Assembly: GCA_963934255.1 (NCBI GenBank)
Contig: CAWVXU010000060.1
Location: 1-15,929 of the forward strand
Reading direction: 5' to 3'
Length of the DNA stretch: 15,929 nt
Source: an uncultured Fibrobacterales bacterium
Lineage (GTDB): Bacteria; Fibrobacterota; Fibrobacteria; Fibrobacterales; CAWVXU01
Shown here: piece by piece, positions 8,054 through 15,929 of the stretch
Layout of the letters: each line of letters begins with the position of its first letter
Numbering within the stretch: the stretch's first letter is position 1
Program-made: the position numbers and the translations under genes
Notes under the pieces: generated by a model
Told to the model about the DNA's origin: nothing
The model's input: the letters and a program-made list of their open reading frames with translations, nothing else
Database searches by the model: none

Positions 8054-9148
8054 TTGACTCAAGCCGATATTCACGCACAGAATCCACCACAATACCCATC
8101 AAAATTGGGTGCGCAAAAACGTTTAGATCAAATTCTAGCATTTGAAAACGAACTCAAAACCCTAAATAACGAGCTAGGGATTCAAATTGACTCAGGTGAG
8201 CAAGATCTCATATCAGCTCACCACCAAAGTATTAAAGAGAGCCTGAAGAAACATTGGGACTCTGACATCAACCTCACAGAGAAGAAGCTATCCAAGGCAA
8301 TGAAAATTGCTTCGCTCTTTGGAGCGTTAACCCTCACCGCCAGTATTTATCTCTTTTTTTACCAAATTTGGGGTAATTTTACTCAGACTAGTCAAATCAT
8401 TATCGTCACAATTGCGCCGATTATCGCCCTTACAGGAGCTCAATTTCTTCATCACAGAGAATCATCAGGATACTTTACGCACATATTAGCCTTGTTGAGT
8501 ATGGGTTGTTTCGTACTCAATCTGAATGTTCTCGGTGTTATTTATAATTTAGAACCAACCCCTAATGCCTTTCTTGTTTGGGGGATATTTGCATTTCTTT
8601 TGGCATTTCATTTTAAAACATACTTATTGTTGATCGCGGGAATCCTATCAATAGGTGGTTTTCTCTCTGCCCAAGTAGGTACTTGGTGTGGCTTTTATTG
8701 GCTTAATTTTTCAGAGCATCCTGAAAATTTCATACCCACAGCCGTGGCTATATTTTGTCTTTCGTTTATCCCTCATATTAACAATCACGATTTTGCTAAA
8801 CATTTCCGTATCTGGGGACTTCTCTACTTATTTATTCCTTTGTTGATACTTTCGCATTGGGGTAGAGGAAGTTATCTGTCTTGGGACCACCATACAATTG
8901 AAGTCTTTTATCAAGTCCTTACATTTTTGGGGAGTGGAGCTTTAGCCTTTTTGGGGATTAAAAAGTCTTGGAGTGAAGTGATCAATACAGCTATCACCTT
9001 CTTCATCATTTTCTTTTACACGAAATTTTTTGACTGGTGCTGGGACATCATGCCCAAGGCTTTATTCTTCCTCATACTGTCCCTTCTTTCAATCCTTATT
9101 CTCACCATATTCAAAAGACTTCGCAATGAAAAGAAGGCTATAAAATGA
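8054..9148 (+). CDS. Polytopic membrane protein, DUF2157-like
   Basis: Soluble N-terminus (AQKRLDQILAFENEL) followed by many hydrophobic segments; LNVLGVIYNL..PNAFLVWG and KALFFLIL motifs; TTG start after GGGGA. Confidence 0.75.
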   Translation: MTQADIHAQNPPQYPSKLGAQKRLDQILAFENELKTLNNELGIQIDSGEQDLISAHHQSIKESLKKHWDSDINLTEKKLSKAMKIASLFGALTLTASIYLFFYQIWGNFTQTSQIIIVTIAPIIALTGAQFLHHRESSGYFTHILALLSMGCFVLNLNVLGVIYNLEPTPNAFLVWGIFAFLLAFHFKTYLLLIAGILSIGGFLSAQVGTWCGFYWLNFSEHPENFIPTAVAIFCLSFIPHINNHDFAKHFRIWGLLYLFIPLLILSHWGRGSYLSWDHHTIEVFYQVLTFLGSGALAFLGIKKSWSEVINTAITFFIIFFYTKFFDWCWDIMPKALFFLILSLLSILILTIFKRLRNEKKAIK

Positions 9149-10047
9149 AAACTTTCATTCTTAACAACAAACTCCTTGTCGTTTCATTGATCATTATAGT
9201 CCTCACCAATCTATGGATAATTACAAGTATTGAAATGAGTAGAAGCTCAACTGATCACCAAGTGATTTTGAGCTTTAGAGAATTACGACCTAATTATTCC
9301 TATCGAAGTGATAACTCTGGAATGTCAGTGCGTCTTAAGTGGCAGTCAGATTATTTATACAATGATTCACCTATACTTTCTGAGGAGAAATTAATTCAAC
9401 TGGGCTTCCTTCCCAATGTATTTGATTTAACAAGTCGAAAATTTTACACTGATACTTACCCAACCGAACAAGATGTGTGGTTTTTATTTGAAGTTGATGG
9501 CCCTTTGTTTGAAGATAAGGTGTTGAAATCCAAAGAAAAATTAGCTGCATTTATTGATTCAACAGCTACCTCAGAATGGATTGATTATGACAATATCACC
9601 ATTGAACAATTCAAAGAGCAATTGGAAAAAGTTGATACCAATCATATTTCTAAATCATTAAAACAAAAAATCAAAAGCAGATGGCAACAATTCCATAGAC
9701 TCAGTCATGAGGACTCAAGACTCATGGTGAAAGATGCCTTTTCATTGAATGAAACCAATCTGCCTCAACTTTCTAAGAATGAATTTCTAGCCAAGGGTAA
9801 AGTAAAGCTGAACTTTAGAAATCAAGATGGTGAGACAAAAATAGCTGGAAGATTAAGCGAATTATATACCGACACCTATCATGTTCCTAGTGGATATATG
9901 GACCAGTTAAAAGAAACTAAGTCTCATACCTATAGGCCCAGATTATCTAGATACAACAAAGAACAGTATTTCATGCAAGTTCAATTTGATAGTCAAAATA
10001 GACCAAGAATATCGTCAGTCCAAATTCGTATGAAAGAAAAGAACTAA
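9145..10047 (+). CDS. Membrane-anchored protein, DUF4824-like
   Basis: Single N-terminal TM segment ending IVLTN, then LSFREL...DNSGMSVRLKW...EEKLIQLGF, VWFLFEVDGP and SRLMVKDA. ATGA overlap with the upstream gene. Confidence 0.7.
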   Translation: MKTFILNNKLLVVSLIIIVLTNLWIITSIEMSRSSTDHQVILSFRELRPNYSYRSDNSGMSVRLKWQSDYLYNDSPILSEEKLIQLGFLPNVFDLTSRKFYTDTYPTEQDVWFLFEVDGPLFEDKVLKSKEKLAAFIDSTATSEWIDYDNITIEQFKEQLEKVDTNHISKSLKQKIKSRWQQFHRLSHEDSRLMVKDAFSLNETNLPQLSKNEFLAKGKVKLNFRNQDGETKIAGRLSELYTDTYHVPSGYMDQLKETKSHTYRPRLSRYNKEQYFMQVQFDSQNRPRISSVQIRMKEKN

Positions 10048-10065
10048 GCTTCGTTCTTAGTTCTT
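10039..10065. terminator. Possible bidirectional terminator hairpin between convergent genes
   Basis: AAGAACTAAG (10039-10048) pairs with CTTAGTTCTT (10056-10065), loop CTTCGTT. On the minus strand it is followed by a T-rich run. The stem is AT-rich. Confidence 0.45.
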
Positions 10066-10087
10066 AGTTCTTAGTTCTTAGTTCTTA
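10053..10087. repeat. Heptanucleotide tandem repeat (GTTCTTA)x5
   Basis: Five perfect copies read directly from the sequence; overlaps the 3' end of the minus-strand permease. Confidence 0.97.
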
Positions 10088-12647
10088 AAATTTCGAGTGT
10101 CTTTTCTTTGTATAACGCTCTGTAAAAAAAGAAGAATATTGCACTTAAAAACCCAAAGGCGATCGGTAAGCTCCACAGAATTTCTTTCAGTTCTGGAGTC
10201 CAAGGTAGATCACCAAATATTTGTCGTCCAATCAGTGTGACAAATATGATATGCAATAGATACCCGACAGTCCAGGCACTAATTATCCAGGCATAAATAG
10301 GGATAAGCCAGGCCTTTAAAATTTTAGGTGCACTTTGCCCTAGACTCAAACGAATATGCATTTCTTTCTTGGCAGATTTGGCTAGTTCATGAGCGACTTC
10401 TAGTAGAAGGACCATGCCACATAACAGAGCAAAGAATGTAATACCAGTCAGTATAATTGAAATTTTCTTCAACTGCATGATGGTGATTTGTACTACATCT
10501 TCTAAATCAATTAAACTAATGGTCGGGAATGCATTGAAAAAATCCCTCTGAAATTGAATTGTATTTTGCTTAGGCAACAGAGGAAGGCTGAGTATATATG
10601 TCTTGGGAGCCATTTCTAACACTCCAGGCTGGAACTGAACAAAGAAATTGGGTTTAAAACTACTCCATCTGATTTTCCGAACAGATGTTATTTTTCCAGC
10701 AACAGGAAATCCCTCCACTTCAAACAGCAATGTATCCCCCATTTCAAAACCAAGTCGTTTCATAAATCGTGATTCAACACTCACTTCAGGCACACCTTCA
10801 CCATTCCACGCTTTATTCCAAAACAGCCCCTCGATGAGTGTTTCACTTGAATCAAGAGAAGTTTTATAACTCAGGTTATATCCCCTATTTCTCATTCGGC
10901 GTTCTTGTTCGTCTTCAAGTGTCTCGCCTTTAGCTTGACGCACAAAGTTTTCACCGTTGACTTTTAATAAACGAGCACGAATCATCGGGGAGAATTGAGA
11001 TTCTTCATAATCTTGAGTCTTCAAAAAACCTGCCATTGAATCCAAATGATGGTCTTGAATATCAATCATAAACCATTTGGGAAGAGACTGCTTGTCTTCA
11101 GGTAATAACTGTTGCTTAAGCATTGAGTTCAAACCTGGCATGAGATAGAGTACTAAAGTCACTAAACCAATCAGGCAGTACACTAAAATACTTTTGCCTG
11201 GTCTATGAATAATGAGTAAACGCAGAGAATTCCATGCAGACCAATTCAATCCCATCTTTTTGAACCACTGTAATAGACGGTCTAAAGAAATAACAAGTAG
11301 ACTCATCCCCACAAATCCAACGACAAGAACGACAAGGAATATAAATGACAATATCCAGGAGCGTGTCACCCACCATGATAAGCCATAACCAAAGACCATT
11401 TGGGCTAAAAAAATAACACTAGTCAGCTTCCAGGATAACAATTTATTCTGCAAGGTGGATTGAGCAGTCTCAAATTTCAATTGAAATAATGGACCTAACA
11501 TCAACAGGACATATGTTCCCACTGAAGCTACACACATTAAGAGTAGTGCGTCAAAACGGATATTCCCTTGAATCGTAATGTCAAACTGCTCGCTGAGTAT
11601 TTTTGATAACTGCCAGGACCAAAATTTGGCAAAGACCACGGAAACCAATACTGAAAAAACCGTCAGCACAAACCCTTGCCAGAAGTATAGACCCACAATT
11701 TTCTTTTCATTCATGCCAAGGCTTTGGAATAAAACCCGATTGATTCTTTCTCTATCGAGGTGATTAAAGAAAAACTGAAGTGCACCAAGTGCTGCCATCA
11801 AGAATGTAAACAATGATAAAAGCTTGGCGAGACGAATGGCCATTGAAAACCGGCTCGCGAGTTCAGTATCCGAATCAGCTATAGACTCTATACGTATCTC
11901 TGGGTCAACCAAAGCTTTCAATAAACTTTTTTTATAATCCTTTACCGAATTTTCATTAAGACTTTTAGAGTTCAGGTAGTGATGGTGTCTGAAAATCCTT
12001 GAGCCTTTACTGTCAAGGTTCCCTCTTTTAATATCGGATAAATTCATGTAAAAGCGTTGAGTAAATTGAGCAAAGGCAAAGCCAGAATCTGGCGATTTCG
12101 CCAGTATATGTTTGATGAACAATTGCATCGTACCCACTTGAATTGAATCACCTAATTTTAAATTCATCAATTTCAGAAGGGTTTCAGGGAGGTAGACTTC
12201 GCCTGGTTTTGGTGCAGGATAAATTTGAGTACCGGTCGAATCTGCAAACTCCCCCACCAAAGGAAAGTTTTGATCTACAGCCCGAGCTTGAACCAAAAGT
12301 GTTTTGGATGAATTGCTAAGCATTGTAAAAAATCTAGATTCTTTAGAATGGCGCCAAGCGTTTTCTGAATTATCAGAATCCCCAGCGTTTTCAAGCTTAT
12401 CATTCAATTCAAACAAGTTATTTAGCGCTTTATTTTCATCAGCCTTAAAGTCTCGGCGTAGACGAATTTCAATATCACCGCCAATAAACATTTGAGATTG
12501 TGCGCGAAGACTGTCTTCAAACTCTATAGACATGGTATCTACAGTTAGGAATAAAGACATCCCGAGTGAAAACAACAAAACAAAAGCGAGTAAGGTTTTT
12601 AATTGTCCTCGAAGTAAGCGTATAAATAATGGCAATTTATGAAACAA
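10071..12647 (-). CDS. ABC transporter permease, YbbP-like (duplicated MacB/FtsX architecture)
   Basis: 858 aa with two periplasmic domains and TM blocks; IGGDIEI, RAVDQNFPLVG, LPKWFMIDIQ, SPMIRARLLKVNG and ITSVRKIRWSSFKPNFFV motifs; adjacent to the ATPase gene. Confidence 0.9.
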   Translation of the reverse strand: MFHKLPLFIRLLRGQLKTLLAFVLLFSLGMSLFLTVDTMSIEFEDSLRAQSQMFIGGDIEIRLRRDFKADENKALNNLFELNDKLENAGDSDNSENAWRHSKESRFFTMLSNSSKTLLVQARAVDQNFPLVGEFADSTGTQIYPAPKPGEVYLPETLLKLMNLKLGDSIQVGTMQLFIKHILAKSPDSGFAFAQFTQRFYMNLSDIKRGNLDSKGSRIFRHHHYLNSKSLNENSVKDYKKSLLKALVDPEIRIESIADSDTELASRFSMAIRLAKLLSLFTFLMAALGALQFFFNHLDRERINRVLFQSLGMNEKKIVGLYFWQGFVLTVFSVLVSVVFAKFWSWQLSKILSEQFDITIQGNIRFDALLLMCVASVGTYVLLMLGPLFQLKFETAQSTLQNKLLSWKLTSVIFLAQMVFGYGLSWWVTRSWILSFIFLVVLVVGFVGMSLLVISLDRLLQWFKKMGLNWSAWNSLRLLIIHRPGKSILVYCLIGLVTLVLYLMPGLNSMLKQQLLPEDKQSLPKWFMIDIQDHHLDSMAGFLKTQDYEESQFSPMIRARLLKVNGENFVRQAKGETLEDEQERRMRNRGYNLSYKTSLDSSETLIEGLFWNKAWNGEGVPEVSVESRFMKRLGFEMGDTLLFEVEGFPVAGKITSVRKIRWSSFKPNFFVQFQPGVLEMAPKTYILSLPLLPKQNTIQFQRDFFNAFPTISLIDLEDVVQITIMQLKKISIILTGITFFALLCGMVLLLEVAHELAKSAKKEMHIRLSLGQSAPKILKAWLIPIYAWIISAWTVGYLLHIIFVTLIGRQIFGDLPWTPELKEILWSLPIAFGFLSAIFFFFYRALYKEKTLEILRTKN

Positions 12648-13305
12648 GATGAAGCTTTCCCTCTTGGAGCTGATAGACTTTTTCCATTTTCATGGCAAAC
12701 TTAGGGTCATGTGTTATGAGTACAAGTGAAGAACCTGCACTTTTACAAAGCTCAATTAAAAGTTCTTGTATTGTATTGGATGTTTTTTCGTCAAGATTAC
12801 CTGTGGGCTCATCTGCCAACACCAGAGGTGGACGATGAACCAAAGCTCGAGCTAGGGCCACACGTTGCTGCTCACCACCTGAGAGTTCACTTGGGCGATG
12901 AGACAAACGACTTCCCAACCCCACTTGGTTAAGTATCTCAGTAGCAACTTCATCACGTTTGGATAAAGGTATATCCTCTTGATGTATATCAAGAACTAAG
13001 CGGACATTCTCCAAAGCAGTCAAAGCCGGCACTAAGTGAAATTCTTGAAATACAATCCCAATATGCGCACCACGAATTTTGGCTTTTTGTAGATGATTTA
13101 ATTTTTGAAATTGATATTCACCGAGTTGAATCTCACCGCTTTCAAAATCATCAAGACCTGATAACAAATGAAATAAAGTTGATTTACCTGCACCTGATTC
13201 ACCTGTAATAGCAACGAGGCTACCTGAGGAAACCACGAGGTCGGCTTCTTGAATGATTTTTAAACTGTCATAGGATTTTGATAACTTTTGAATTGATAAT
13301 TCCAT
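12637..13305 (-). CDS. ABC transporter ATP-binding protein, YbbA/LolD-like
   Basis: Walker A GESGAGKST, IGIVFQEFHL, signature LSGGEQQRVALARAL, LADEPTGNLD and ITHD. Confidence 0.95.
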   Translation of the reverse strand: MELSIQKLSKSYDSLKIIQEADLVVSSGSLVAITGESGAGKSTLFHLLSGLDDFESGEIQLGEYQFQKLNHLQKAKIRGAHIGIVFQEFHLVPALTALENVRLVLDIHQEDIPLSKRDEVATEILNQVGLGSRLSHRPSELSGGEQQRVALARALVHRPPLVLADEPTGNLDEKTSNTIQELLIELCKSAGSSLVLITHDPKFAMKMEKVYQLQEGKLHLVS

Positions 13306-13308
13306 TAT

Positions 13309-13965
13309 TTAAATTTCCTCTTTGGTTTTAAGCAGAGAGCCTAAATGATTTTTAACAAATCCTGACATCCCCTCAGCGATACGCTGATGACCATTTTCAT
13401 TGGGGTGAATGCCATCACTCAAATTCATTGTTGGGTCCCCGGCCACACCCTCTAGAAGGAAATTATAGAGTGGAATTCTATTTTTCTTCGCTAAGCGATC
13501 AAAAATTTCCTCAAATTCTAAAGAGTATTCCTTGCCATAATTTGGTGGAATTTTTTGCCCTGTTAAAAGAACCTTCATTTGGTTTATAGAGGCATAATCT
13601 ATCATCTTTTGAATATTAACTCGAGAATCCTTAGGGCGCACACCGCGAAGACCATCATTAGAACCAAGAGCGATAATAATCACATCAGGTTTATCCTTGA
13701 GGTTGTACCATTGAATTCTTTGAAGGCCGCTCGAAGTGGTCGCTCCAGAAATACCACCATTGGTGATTTTAAATCCAGAAAATTCTTTACTTAATTCAAT
13801 AGAGAGTAGACTAGGCCATGTATCTTCACGATTAACCCCAAACCCATCGGTTAATGAATCACCTAAAATCAATATATGAACTTCATCCTTAGCAGGTGTC
13901 ATCGCAAGTAGAGGCAGGACCAGGAGTATAAGTAGGGAGGAGAATAATTTTGATTTCCATGTCAA
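13309..13965 (-). CDS. tesA: Secreted SGNH/GDSL arylesterase / acyl-CoA thioesterase I (TesA-like)
   Basis: Blocks GDSL, NGGISGATT, LGSNDGLRG, PPNYG and DGIHPN. Probable start is TTG 13965, giving signal peptide MTWKSKLFSSLLILLVLPLLA; the exact start is uncertain. Confidence 0.88.
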   Translation of the reverse strand: MTWKSKLFSSLLILLVLPLLAMTPAKDEVHILILGDSLTDGFGVNREDTWPSLLSIELSKEFSGFKITNGGISGATTSSGLQRIQWYNLKDKPDVIIIALGSNDGLRGVRPKDSRVNIQKMIDYASINQMKVLLTGQKIPPNYGKEYSLEFEEIFDRLAKKNRIPLYNFLLEGVAGDPTMNLSDGIHPNENGHQRIAEGMSGFVKNHLGSLLKTKEEI

Positions 13966-14079
13966 TTTTATCTGAGGATTAAGGCCGGTAAAATGATGAG
14001 GTATATTAAGCTTCAAAGTTAAATTCCTTTTTTCATTACCCTGGGCCTGTTGAATGGCAAGGATCACTTGTTTTTAGAT

Positions 14080-14103
14080 AAAAAATGGGAGGCCAAGCCT
14101 CCC
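14080..14103 (-). terminator. Rho-independent terminator downstream of the DsbA-family gene
   Basis: GGGAGGC-CAA-GCCTCCC stem-loop (14087-14103) followed on the minus strand by ATTTTTT, 15 nt after the stop codon. Confidence 0.85.
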
Positions 14104-14118
14104 TTAAATCATTTGAAA

Positions 14119-14862
14119 TTATTTCATTTTAGCAACAAGACCTTCAACAACTTGTTCAAAATTTGGAGCCGTTTTTCCATTGACATAGAAAGCCGGAGTT
14201 CCTCTCACGCCAATACTTGAACCAAGAGCCATGTCTTTATCAATAGCTGCTTGGTTAGCACCAGCTACTTTCATGTCTTTTTTGAATTTAGCAATATCAA
14301 GCTTTAAGTCTTTAGCAACGCTAATGAATTTATCTGCCGTAAGTGTGCGGTAGAAAGGGGCCAATTTGAATCTGTACTCCCAAAATTTACCCTGTTTCTG
14401 AGCAGCAATTGATGCCGCAGATGCAGCAGGTGCATTTTTATGGAAAGATAAAGGGAAATGTTTGAATACAACTTTGATTTTACCAGGATACTTCTTTTGA
14501 AGAGCTTTTACACTCGGAGCGCGTTTTGCACAGTACGGACATTCAAAGTCAGAAAATTCAACGATTGTAATCGGTGCGTTTTGGTTTCCAAGTAATGGTG
14601 AATCACCAACAGGTATACTGTGAACTTTATTTTCTGCTTCTTTTTTAGCTTTTTCTTCAAGCTCTTGTTTCTTGACCATTTCGTCTACTTTATCAGCATA
14701 TTCATCAATATCTAATTTAGCAACGACTTTCAGTACTTTTTTGAGAGTAGCTAGTTCTTTTTCAAGAGCATTAACACGTTCGTCTAAAGAATTTTGTTCA
14801 CCAGCTTGACAAGCCCAAAACACACTACCAATGAGAAACAATACGATTGACACTTTTTTCAC
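14119..14862 (-). CDS. DsbA-family thiol-disulfide oxidoreductase, probable lipoprotein
   Basis: ITIVEFSDFECPYC, VVFKHFPLSFH, QGKFWEY and cis-Pro loop GVRGTPAFYVNG; signal peptide ending VFWAC; GTG start after GAGG. Confidence 0.92.
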   Translation of the reverse strand: MKKVSIVLFLIGSVFWACQAGEQNSLDERVNALEKELATLKKVLKVVAKLDIDEYADKVDEMVKKQELEEKAKKEAENKVHSIPVGDSPLLGNQNAPITIVEFSDFECPYCAKRAPSVKALQKKYPGKIKVVFKHFPLSFHKNAPAASAASIAAQKQGKFWEYRFKLAPFYRTLTADKFISVAKDLKLDIAKFKKDMKVAGANQAAIDKDMALGSSIGVRGTPAFYVNGKTAPNFEQVVEGLVAKMK

Positions 14863-15051
14863 CTAAAACCTCGAGGATAATTACATTATTACCCTTAAAA
14901 TAACAAAATGAAATGCTAAATTCAGGCGAAACAATGGGTTTTTGATGGATATTATAAAAGTACTGGTCTTTTGGGTCATCTCTGAGTAATTTCATCATCC
15001 CAAAGTATTTTATAACCCTTATTAAACCGATCGATTTATAGGAGATCAACT

Positions 15052-15929
15052 ATGTCCGCAACTGCTGAAAAAATGGAGTTTCAAACTGAGGTCAAGCAAT
15101 TATTGCAACTCATGATACACTCACTTTATTCCCACAAAGAAATTTTCCTTCGTGAGCTTATTTCAAATGCTGCCGATGCAATTGATAAAGTACGCTTTGA
15201 AGGCATCGCTGACGCCAGTCTACTTGGTGATGACAAAGACCTCAAAATCCGTGTTAACCTAGACAAAGCCACTAATACAATCACTATTACTGATAATGGC
15301 ATTGGCATGAACCGTGAGGACCTAATTAATAACTTAGGTACAATCGCTCGTTCAGGCACTAAAAACTTCATGGAAAACCTATCTGGTGATTCTAAAAAAG
15401 ACGTTTCTCTTATTGGTCAATTTGGTGTAGGATTCTACTCTTTGTTCATGGTCGCTGACACTGTGACTGTTAAGACTCTTAAAGCAGGTGATTCTCAAGG
15501 TTTCTCTTGGAAATCTGAAGGTGCCGGTGAGTTTGAAATTGAAGAAAATGACAAATTAACACGTGGTACCGAAATCACCCTTCACCTTAAAGAAGAAGAA
15601 TCGGAATTTGTTGATGCATGGCAAACTCGTGGTGTCATCACTAAATATTCAGAATATGTTTCTCACCCAATTCACCTTGAATTTCAAGAAGAAACACCTG
15701 AATCTGGTGAAGGCGACGACAAAGTTGAAGCAGTTATCGAGCAGAAAGACGAAGTTCTTAATGCAAAGCCTGCTCTTTGGAGACGTTCTAAGTCTGACAT
15801 TACTAAAGAAGATTACGATGAATTTTATAAACATATTTCGCATGACCATGCTGAACCTCTTGTTAATTCACACAATAAAGTAGAAGGAACTCAAGAGTTC
15901 ACTACACTACTTTATGTACCATCAAAAGC
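15052..15929 (+). CDS. htpG: Molecular chaperone HtpG (Hsp90); 3'-partial
   Basis: Manual translation: MSATAEKMEFQTEVKQLLQLMIHSLYSHKEIFLRELISNAADA..ITDNGIGM..NLGTIARSGT..IGQFGVGFYS. SD AGGAGA at 15040-15045. Missing from the ORF track because no stop codon falls inside the window. Confidence 0.98.
   Translation, partial: MSATAEKMEFQTEVKQLLQLMIHSLYSHKEIFLRELISNAADAIDKVRFEGIADASLLGDDKDLKIRVNLDKATNTITITDNGIGMNREDLINNLGTIARSGTKNFMENLSGDSKKDVSLIGQFGVGFYSLFMVADTVTVKTLKAGDSQGFSWKSEGAGEFEIEENDKLTRGTEITLHLKEEESEFVDAWQTRGVITKYSEYVSHPIHLEFQEETPESGEGDDKVEAVIEQKDEVLNAKPALWRRSKSDITKEDYDEFYKHISHDHAEPLVNSHNKVEGTQEFTTLLYVPSK

Noticed and set aside
10053..10087. Repeat as a CRISPR array or mobile-element end
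   Set aside because: 7-bp units with no spacers, and no cas, transposase or integrase gene nearby.
10648..13794. Plus-strand ORFs inside the permease, ATPase and esterase genes
   Set aside because: Antisense shadows without independent evidence.
13966..14067. N-terminal extension of the esterase ORF to 14067
   Set aside because: It would place the signal peptide internally; more likely promoter/UTR sequence after the DsbA terminator.
14863..15051. CIRCE or sigma32 heat-shock element before htpG
   Set aside because: Only a partial TGCTAA half-site is present; no full TTAGCACTC-N9-GAGTGCTAA and no convincing CTTGAA/CCCCAT pair.
14825..15883. ORFs 14825-15049, 15126-15371, 15563-15883 and 15649-15849
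   Set aside because: Intergenic or shadow frames; the real gene is htpG from 15052.

Overview
AT-rich bacterial chromosomal window made up mostly of housekeeping genes. No rRNA, tRNA, CRISPR array or mobile element is evident. Left to right: (1) a two-gene pair, a Cys-motif protein entering from the left edge followed by an RluA-family pseudouridine synthase, which together resemble a split version of the fused 'long RluA'/TrcP tRNA C-to-pseudouridine editor, apparently missing most of its long helical domain; (2) a decayed minus-strand CheY-receiver/CheC remnant; (3) a hotdog acyl-CoA thioesterase; (4) an Fe-S assembly operon, atypical nifU-like (degenerate IscU-like + Nfu) - sufB - sufC - sufD - sufS, with no sufE/sufU/sufA in the window; (5) a DUF2157-like + DUF4824-like membrane protein pair; (6) a (GTTCTTA)5 repeat/hairpin at a convergent gene junction; (7) a co-directional tesA-ybbA-ybbP-like esterase/ABC transporter module; (8) a DsbA-family lipoprotein with a terminator; (9) a divergent htpG running off the right edge, absent from the ORF track. 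All family assignments come from motif recognition, not database searches.
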